Of a stretch of 64,000 nt of DNA, positions 54,843 through 64,000 are shown in pieces. The position numbers and the translations under genes are program-made. The notes under the pieces were generated by a model. That model saw nothing but the letters and a program-made list of their open reading frames with translations, was not told the DNA's origin and made no database searches. The stretch is from Gammaproteobacteria bacterium. Lineage in GTDB: Bacteria > Pseudomonadota > Gammaproteobacteria > Ga0077536. Each line of letters starts with the position of its first letter. Position 1 is the stretch's first letter. The stretch is from positions 768,001 to 832,000 of the forward strand of contig CAXXLL010000003.1 of the NCBI GenBank assembly GCA_963662545.2, read 5' to 3'.

Positions 54843-55268
54843 TCAGCGCCCGGCGCGTCGGCGCAGTCTTTGTATGGTTTGGAGCTGGGCGACTGTTTCG
54901 GCGAGTTCGGCACGCGCCTTCGCATAATCCATTGCGCTGCTCTTCTCGGCGATCGCCCGTTCCGCGGCTTCCTTCGCCTTTATCACGGCGGCTTCGTCGA
55001 GATCCTCAGCCCGCGCTGCGGTGTCGGACAGGATCGTGACCACCCGCGGCTGAACCTCCAGCATGCCGCCCGATATATAAAACGCCTCTTCGGCCCCTTC
55101 GCTGAGCTTCAGGCGGACTTCGCCGGGGCCGAGTTGGGCAAGCATCGGCGTGTGCCCGGGGGCGATGCCGACCTCTCCGAGAATTGCCGGCGCGAAGACC
55201 ATTTCCGCCAGACCTGAAAAAATCTCGCGCTCGGCGCTGACGATATCCACGTGTATGGTCATGGCCAT
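54843..55268 (-). CDS. atpC: ATP synthase epsilon
   Basis: VDIVSAE, GEVGI.PGHTP. Confidence 0.95.
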   Translation of the reverse strand: MAMTIHVDIVSAEREIFSGLAEMVFAPAILGEVGIAPGHTPMLAQLGPGEVRLKLSEGAEEAFYISGGMLEVQPRVVTILSDTAARAEDLDEAAVIKAKEAAERAIAEKSSAMDYAKARAELAETVAQLQTIQRLRRRAGR

Positions 55269-55283
55269 GCGATTACATCAGTT

Positions 55284-56675
<1,392 letters not shown>

Positions 56676-56727
56676 TTAGTAGCGTAAATCTTCAAATCCA
56701 TTTATTCGGCCAACCATCCACTACGAA

Positions 56728-57588
56728 CTAAACGGCCGCCGCGCCGCTGACAATTTCCGAAAGCTCCTGCGTAATAGCTGCCTGTCTGGCTTTGTTGTAA
56801 ATCAGTTGTAACTCGTCGATCATTTTGCCCGCGTTATCTGACGCCGACTTCATCGCCACCATTCTCGCCGCCTGTTCACAGGCAATGTTCTCTACGACGC
56901 CCTGATACACGAGCGATTCGATGTATCGCGCAAGCAGCTGGTCCATGACTTCGGGCGCTTCCGGCTCGTAGATGTAATCCCAATGATGTTTGAGATCGTC
57001 CGTATCTTCGGGAACGAGCGGCAAGATCTGCTCGAAATTTGGATTCTGTGTCATCGAATTGACGAATTCGTTGAAAACGAGGTAGACGCGGTCCACCGTT
57101 CCCTCATGAAAGGCATCGAGCATGATCTTGATCGTACCGATCAGGTTTTCGAGCGAGGGCGCATCTCCGAGGTGGCTTGCCTGACCGACAATATTGCCGC
57201 CGATACGGGAGAAGAATCCTATGCCTTTGGTGCCGATCACGCATAGATCGAGTTCCTTGCCCTCTTCATCCCAGGTTTGGAACTGGCTCAAGGCACGGCG
57301 GAACAGATTGCCGTTCAATCCTCCGCACAGGCCTCGATCGGTGGTGACGATGATCAATCCGATACGCTTGACGTCACGTTCCATCAAAAATGGATGATGA
57401 TATTCGGTATTGGCGTGCGCAATATGCGCGACGACCTTGCGCATTTTATCTGCATAAGGCCTCGCGGCACGCATCCGGTCTTGTGCCTTGCGCATTTTAC
57501 TGGCCGCGACCATTTCCATGGCCTTGGTGATCTTCTGCGTATTTTTTACGCTTGCGATCTGGGTACGTACTTCTTTGGCTGCTGCCAT
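56728..57588 (-). CDS. atpG: ATP synthase gamma
   Basis: [29 protein letters not shown]. Confidence 0.98.
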   Translation of the reverse strand: MAAAKEVRTQIASVKNTQKITKAMEMVAASKMRKAQDRMRAARPYADKMRKVVAHIAHANTEYHHPFLMERDVKRIGLIIVTTDRGLCGGLNGNLFRRALSQFQTWDEEGKELDLCVIGTKGIGFFSRIGGNIVGQASHLGDAPSLENLIGTIKIMLDAFHEGTVDRVYLVFNEFVNSMTQNPNFEQILPLVPEDTDDLKHHWDYIYEPEAPEVMDQLLARYIESLVYQGVVENIACEQAARMVAMKSASDNAGKMIDELQLIYNKARQAAITQELSEIVSGAAAV

Positions 57589-57609
57589 GTCTGCCGATGT
57601 TCCGTAAAC

Positions 57610-59151
57610 TTACCAGCTGTGATTCGTCTTGAAATCATCGACGGCTGCCTTGAGTTTGGCCTCGATGTTATCGTTGTATTCACCGCTCTCATCGATCTCG
57701 TTCATCAATTCGGCCTGTGATGACGCCATATAGCTGTGCAGTGCTGACTCGAAATCGCCGACTTTGCCGAGTTCGATGTCATCGAGATAGCCGTTTTCTA
57801 CTGCGTAGAGGCTGACGGCCATAGTCGCGACGGACAGGGGCGTATACTGCTTTTGTTTCATCAATTCCATGACACGCTGTCCGCGCTCGAGTTGCTTGCG
57901 TGTTGTTTCGTCGAGGTCGGAGGCAAATTGCGCGAACGCCGCGAGTTCGCGGTACTGCGCCAGTGCCAGGCGAATGCCGCCACCAAGCTTCTTGATCACC
58001 GGCGTCTGTGCGGCGCCGCCGACACGGGATACCGACAATCCCGCATTGATCGCCGGACGGAATCCGGAATTGAACAGATCCGTTTCGAGATAAATCTGGC
58101 CATCCGTGATCGAAATGACGTTTGTCGGTACGAACGCGGAAACGTCACCGGCCTGGGTTTCGATAATGGGCAGCGCCGTGAGCGATCCCGTCTTGCCCTT
58201 GATCGCGCCTCCGGAAATCCGTTCGACCGCTTCGGCGTTGATCCGCGAGGCGCGTTCCAGCAACCGCGAATGAAGATAAAATACATCGCCCGGATAAGCC
58301 TCGCGCCCAGGTGGACGACGCAGCAACAGGGATACCTGGCGGTACGCCCAGGCCTGTTTGGTCAGATCGTCGTAAATGATTAAGGCATCTTCCCCGCGGT
58401 CGCGAAAGTACTCACCCATCGCGCAACCTGAATACGGTGCGATATATTGTTTCGCGGCCGAGTCGGAAGCCGTTGCCGCCACCACGATGGTGTGTTCCAT
58501 CGCGCCGTGCTCTTCGAGTTTCCGAATGACCGTATTGATCGAGGATGCCTTCTGACCAATGGCCACGTATATGCACTTTATGCCTGTGCCTTTCTGATTG
58601 ATGATGGTGTCGATCGCTACAGCGGTTTTCCCGGTCTGCCGGTCGCCGATGATGAGTTCACGCTGACCGCGCCCGATGGGCACCATCGAATCGATGGACT
58701 TCAGCCCGGTCTGCACAGGTTGACTGACAGATTGACGTTCGATAACGCCCGGAGCGATCTTCTCGATCGGCTCGGAATGCTCGGTTGTGATCTCGCCTTT
58801 TCCATCGATCGGGGCGCCGAGCGAATCGACGACGCGGCCGAGCAGCGCTTCTCCCACCGGTACTTCGAGAATACGTCCGGTACAACGGCAGGTGTCACCT
58901 TCGGTAATATGTTCGTAGCTGCCCATAACCACCGCGCCGACCGAATCCCGCTCCAAGTTGAGCGCCAGTCCGAAAACGCCACCGGGAAACTCGATCATTT
59001 CCCCCTGCATAACGTCACTCAACCCGTGAATTCGGGCGATACCGTCACTCAGGCTGACAACCGTTCCCTCGGTGCGGGCTTCCGTATGCAGATTGAGATC
59101 CTCGATCTTCTTTTTAATCAGTTCGCTGATTTCAGTTGCACTGATGGTCAT
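57610..59151 (-). CDS. atpA: ATP synthase alpha
   Basis: [29 protein letters not shown]. Confidence 0.98.
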   Translation of the reverse strand: MTISATEISELIKKKIEDLNLHTEARTEGTVVSLSDGIARIHGLSDVMQGEMIEFPGGVFGLALNLERDSVGAVVMGSYEHITEGDTCRCTGRILEVPVGEALLGRVVDSLGAPIDGKGEITTEHSEPIEKIAPGVIERQSVSQPVQTGLKSIDSMVPIGRGQRELIIGDRQTGKTAVAIDTIINQKGTGIKCIYVAIGQKASSINTVIRKLEEHGAMEHTIVVAATASDSAAKQYIAPYSGCAMGEYFRDRGEDALIIYDDLTKQAWAYRQVSLLLRRPPGREAYPGDVFYLHSRLLERASRINAEAVERISGGAIKGKTGSLTALPIIETQAGDVSAFVPTNVISITDGQIYLETDLFNSGFRPAINAGLSVSRVGGAAQTPVIKKLGGGIRLALAQYRELAAFAQFASDLDETTRKQLERGQRVMELMKQKQYTPLSVATMAVSLYAVENGYLDDIELGKVGDFESALHSYMASSQAELMNEIDESGEYNDNIEAKLKAAVDDFKTNHSW

Positions 59152-59191
59152 AGCATTCCTCTGCGACAATAAATTCTGTTCGTTCGGTTGA

Positions 59192-59725
59192 CTAAATCAG
59201 GTCTTGTGCCAACTCCGACAACCGCCGGCGAAGCGATAAATCGATCACCGCATCGCCCATCTTGATAACCGCTCCCCCGATTAGCTGCGGGTCCAAGGAA
59301 GTTTCAATTTCGCAAGCCTTGCCGATCCTTGCAGAGATTGCTTCGCTGATGCGGGCGCGTTCTTTTTCGTTGAGAGGAAACGCAGACTTCACATCCACGG
59401 TGACCACACCTGCGGCATCAGCCCTGCGGCGTTCGTAAAGTTCGACGATTTGGGGAGCAAGTACCACACGCTCCGCCTCGACGAGTACCCGGATAAAGTT
59501 CCTGCTTTCGTCGTTTAAACGGTTCCCCAGGATTTCCGACACTAGAGCGACAAGTTGATCGCCGGTAATCTTCGGATGCCCTATGAGTCGAGCCAGATCG
59601 GGATCGGATACGGCGGCGGCCAGCGCGCTCAGCATGGTCGACCACTCGTCGATCTGGCCGTTTTCTTCGGCATAGCTGAATGCAGCCGAAGCGTAAGGGC
59701 GCGCTATGGTCAGTTTTTCTTGCAT
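59192..59725 (-). CDS. atpH: ATP synthase delta
   Basis: TIARPYA, LIGGAVI..GD.VID. Confidence 0.95.
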   Translation of the reverse strand: MQEKLTIARPYASAAFSYAEENGQIDEWSTMLSALAAAVSDPDLARLIGHPKITGDQLVALVSEILGNRLNDESRNFIRVLVEAERVVLAPQIVELYERRRADAAGVVTVDVKSAFPLNEKERARISEAISARIGKACEIETSLDPQLIGGAVIKMGDAVIDLSLRRRLSELAQDLI

Positions 59726-59734
59726 GACCGGTCC

Positions 59735-60205
59735 TTAAAGATCAGCTGCGAGCTTGTCGAGGACCTCGCGGTGCGCCTGTTCATCAACTTCACGCATCAA
59801 CACTTGCTCAGCGCCTGCTAGCGCGAGCTGCGCGACCTGGCTGCGAAGTTCGTCACGGGCCCGATTGCGGTTCTGTTCGATTTCCGCGGCGGCGGCGATT
59901 TTGATCCGTTCGGCTTCTTCCTGAGCCGCGAGCTTCGCTGCCTCGATGATCTCGTCGCCACGCTTCTGCGCCTGGCTGACGAACCCCTGCGCCTTTTCTT
60001 TACCCTCGCGTAGTATTTCAGTCGAACGTTGGTCGGCGAGCTCGAGTTCGTGCTTGCCGCGTTCGGCCGCAGCAAGACCATCCGCGATACGAGTTTCGCG
60101 TTCTTCCAAGGCTTTCAGTATCGGCGGCCATACAAACTTTACACAAAACCAGACGAATAGCGCGAACGATATTGCCTGGCCTAGCAATGTCAGGTTCATA
60201 TTCAT
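59735..60205 (-). CDS. atpF: ATP synthase b
   Basis: [21 protein letters not shown]. Confidence 0.96.
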   Translation of the reverse strand: MNMNLTLLGQAISFALFVWFCVKFVWPPILKALEERETRIADGLAAAERGKHELELADQRSTEILREGKEKAQGFVSQAQKRGDEIIEAAKLAAQEEAERIKIAAAAEIEQNRNRARDELRSQVAQLALAGAEQVLMREVDEQAHREVLDKLAADL

Positions 60206-60235
60206 GACGAGAGACCCACCAACGCCGCTAGCTGA

Positions 60236-61340
<1,105 letters not shown>

Positions 61341-61367
61341 TTATCCGATCCGTTTTTCGATTGCCAT

Positions 61368-61832
61368 CTAATTACCTTGCAATCCCAGCGGTTGCGTTCC
61401 ATTTCTGCTACGCGGCGATTCACCAAGGTCTACCACGAGCACCGCCACCCAGTTTACCGCCGCCGTTGCGATATAGGTTGCGATGACGATTAGGAAAGCG
61501 ACGTTCAGGAGCATAATCGCCGTCACGAACAAGGCTGCGGTGAAAGCAATCTTGATGTATTCCCCGATATAAATGCCGCGCAACGATTCTTCGGGTGTGG
61601 CTTCCCGCTGACCCCGCAAGATTCGAACCCCCAGATAATAATTCGGCACCACGCCTATCAGCGCGCCGACCAGTGCAGAATAGGCTGCGTATTGCCCTAG
61701 CACGACGGCAAGCGATAAAGCGATCACAATACCGACGCCGAGCTGGCTTGCGATTACCAGAAACACGGTACGTCGCGATCGCTGATGCAGCGATCCACCA
61801 GCGCTTCCCCGGCCCTGAATCTTGTTATGCAC
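61368..61832 (-). CDS. atpI: ATP synthase protein I
   Basis: Four TMs, first gene of the atp operon. Confidence 0.75.
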   Translation of the reverse strand: MHNKIQGRGSAGGSLHQRSRRTVFLVIASQLGVGIVIALSLAVVLGQYAAYSALVGALIGVVPNYYLGVRILRGQREATPEESLRGIYIGEYIKIAFTAALFVTAIMLLNVAFLIVIATYIATAAVNWVAVLVVDLGESPRSRNGTQPLGLQGN

Positions 61833-61926
61833 GCCGTTATCTGTCAGTGGGAAACGTTGGATTCTAGCCGCTTATTCCGCGCTGCGGCAAGCTGTTCGTC
61901 ATGCTGCCAACACACCGATTAAAGCG

Positions 61927-62796
61927 CTACTTGATATGTGCAAGAATCCCGTCAAGTTCGTCGAGTGAGCCATAGCGGATCGTCAGTGAGCCTTTACCGG
62001 TCGAACGGTGTTGGATCGATACGTCGGCGCCGAGCCGTTCACCGAGGGATCGTTCCAGCTGGCTGATATTAGGATCGACCTTTTTGGGGGTATGTTCGCG
62101 CTCGTGCTTACGCTCTTTCAGGCGACGAACCAGTGCTTCGGCGGCGCGCACGCTGAGTCCTTCGCTGACGATGCGTCGCGCGGCTTTGACCTGGATCAGC
62201 GCCGATAAGCCCAGCAACGCCCGCGCATGTCCCATTTCAAGTTCACCGCTCTCGAGTAGTTCCCGGGTCGCTGATTCGAGGTCCAACAAGCGCAATAAAT
62301 TGCTGACGGCGGCGCGGGAACGGCCAATCGATTTCGCGACCCGCTCATGGGTCATATCGAACTCGCGGACGAGCCGATCCAGAGCGGCCGCCTCTTCGAT
62401 CGGGTTGAGTTGCTCGCGTTGAATATTTTCAATCAATGCAATGCTCATGGCCTCGGCGCCCGTTACCTGCCGTATGACCGCAGGGATAGTATTCAAGCCT
62501 GCTATCTGTGCGGCCCGCCACCGCCGTTCTCCGGCGACCAATTCATAACGCCCGTCATCACCAACAGGGCGGACCAGCACGGGCTGTACGACACCCTGCG
62601 ACTTGATGGATTCCGCGAGTTCCTGCAGCGATTCCGCCTTGATATCCAAACGAGGTTGAAATTGTCCGCGCTGAATGAGGTCGAGTGGAATCGCCTTGAG
62701 TTGGTCGCCGTTGGCTTCTTCGGTGGCCAACTGTTCTGCACCGATGCCAAGCAGGGCATCGAGTCCACGCCCGAGTCCACGCTTCTTGCTTGCCAT
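61927..62796 (-). CDS. parB: Chromosome partitioning protein ParB
   Basis: KKRGLGRGLDALL, GERRWRA, IENIQRE. Confidence 0.96.
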   Translation of the reverse strand: MASKKRGLGRGLDALLGIGAEQLATEEANGDQLKAIPLDLIQRGQFQPRLDIKAESLQELAESIKSQGVVQPVLVRPVGDDGRYELVAGERRWRAAQIAGLNTIPAVIRQVTGAEAMSIALIENIQREQLNPIEEAAALDRLVREFDMTHERVAKSIGRSRAAVSNLLRLLDLESATRELLESGELEMGHARALLGLSALIQVKAARRIVSEGLSVRAAEALVRRLKERKHEREHTPKKVDPNISQLERSLGERLGADVSIQHRSTGKGSLTIRYGSLDELDGILAHIK

Positions 62797-62824
62797 GGTT
62801 CAGCGATACCTCTTCGTCGGCTAG

Positions 62825-63598
62825 CTAAACGGCAGCCGACTCTTTGCGCAGCATCTCTCCTGCTAGCGCAAGATAAGCTACCGCGCCCGTCGAAGATTTG
62901 TCATACATCAATGCCGGCAAGCCATGACTCGGCGCTTCGGCGAGGCGTACGTTTCGGGGAATGATGGTGCGGTAAACCTTGTCACCGAAATGTGCGAGAA
63001 GCTGTTGGGACACTTCGTTCGCAAGATTATTACGAGGGTCGAACATTGTGCGCAGTAAGCCTTCGACTTTGAGCTCCGGATTCAGGAATTTCTTTATCTT
63101 GTCGATCGTTTCGAGCAATGCGGATAAACCTTCGAGCGCGTAGTATTCGCACTGCATGGGAATGACCACGGCATCGGCCGCTACCAACGCATTGACGGTC
63201 AGCATGTTCAACGCCGGCGGGCAGTCGATAATGATGTACTCATAACGTTCGCGCACTAGTTCGAGCGCATGACGCAGCCGGAGTTCTCTTCCCAGTTCTT
63301 CCAGCAGGCCGATTTCGGCGCCGGTCAAATCCCCGTTCGCGGGCAGAAGATGATAGCCGGCATCGATTTCAGTAAGCAGCGACTGCTCGATCGTGGTCTC
63401 ACCCATGAGCACTTCAAAACTCGACGTCGTCAACGCACGCTTGTCGATCCCGCTACCCATGGTCGCATTGCCCTGCGGATCGAGATCGATCAGCAACAAT
63501 CGCCGTTTCGTCGCCGCGAGCGAAGCAGTTAAATTGACACTCGTCGTCGTCTTGCCGACTCCGCCTTTCTGATTAGCAATAGCAAGGACGCGTGACAT
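62825..63598 (-). CDS. parA: Chromosome partitioning ATPase ParA/Soj
   Basis: NQKGGVGKTT, DLDPQGNAT, IPRNVRLAEAPS. Confidence 0.96.
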   Translation of the reverse strand: MSRVLAIANQKGGVGKTTTSVNLTASLAATKRRLLLIDLDPQGNATMGSGIDKRALTTSSFEVLMGETTIEQSLLTEIDAGYHLLPANGDLTGAEIGLLEELGRELRLRHALELVRERYEYIIIDCPPALNMLTVNALVAADAVVIPMQCEYYALEGLSALLETIDKIKKFLNPELKVEGLLRTMFDPRNNLANEVSQQLLAHFGDKVYRTIIPRNVRLAEAPSHGLPALMYDKSSTGAVAYLALAGEMLRKESAAV

Positions 63599-63679
63599 GC
63601 GGATTTCGGGTCCATCGTAGTGGCTCAGGCCGGGACGAGTTCGGTTAAACTGAGATGCGTGGCGCGATTATCGCACAAG

Positions 63680-64000
63680 TCATTTTCTCTCCCCAGCAAA
63701 TTCAACGATGACGAGATTTCGTTCCCTGAACCCCGGAACATCCAAGGGTACGATTCGGAGTAAGCCCGCCGGCACAACGCAATCCAGCGCTTCTTCCGGA
63801 TCGAGTGCGGCTTTCATGGCGATGATTCGCGTGCCCGGGCGCTGTAGCTTTCGAGTTTTTGCCAGCAAATGCGACATTGACCCGAAGGCGCGCGCGATGA
63901 TGTCGTCACATGCCTGCGCCGGGCGATACGCCTCGACCCGCTCGGCTAACACCTCGACGTTCGACAATTCGAGATCGATTCGCGCTTGCGTAAGAAATCT
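63680..64000 (-). CDS. rsmG: 16S rRNA m7G527 methyltransferase (3' part; truncated by window)
   Basis: FLTQARIDLELSNVEV...RVE, IIARAF, AMK; position upstream of parA. Confidence 0.8.
   Translation of the reverse strand, partial: RFLTQARIDLELSNVEVLAERVEAYRPAQACDDIIARAFGSMSHLLAKTRKLQRPGTRIIAMKAALDPEEALDCVVPAGLLRIVPLDVPGFRERNLVIVEFAGERK

Overview
Core-chromosome window of a GC-rich gammaproteobacterium. The right half is housekeeping: an rrn operon on the minus strand, tyrS-M23-anmK-erpA-argC, thiDE-hemL, fabA, a PhoPQ-like pair, glmU, the full atp operon and parAB-rsmG. The left half holds the most interesting material. (1) A tightly coupled ~12.9 kb, 12-gene operon (8880-21734) looks like an uncharacterised ion-driven envelope machine. 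It encodes one MotA/TolQ/ExbB subunit, two ExbD-like Asp-helix subunits ending in vWA/MIDAS domains, an unanchored TPR-TonB-C protein, a PEGA-repeat/non-catalytic FGE protein, a degenerate Hsp70-NBD-FHA fusion, four lipoproteins, a TPR protein and a small secreted peptide. (2) An AT-richer island (~21750-30900) carries a GacA-like regulator, an RpfC-like hybrid kinase, a methyltransferase and a diiron-type enzyme. The kinase is split by an ISL3 and an IS4 element but reconstructs to an unbroken 805-aa frame. Smaller oddities: a 34-nt copy of the kinase gene inserted in the ISL3 transposase, perfect 57-bp direct repeats around an IS3 remnant, several MITEs (one nested, one in the rRNA spacer) and a helix-45 intervening sequence in 23S rRNA. 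All assignments come from reading motifs by eye; no searches were run.
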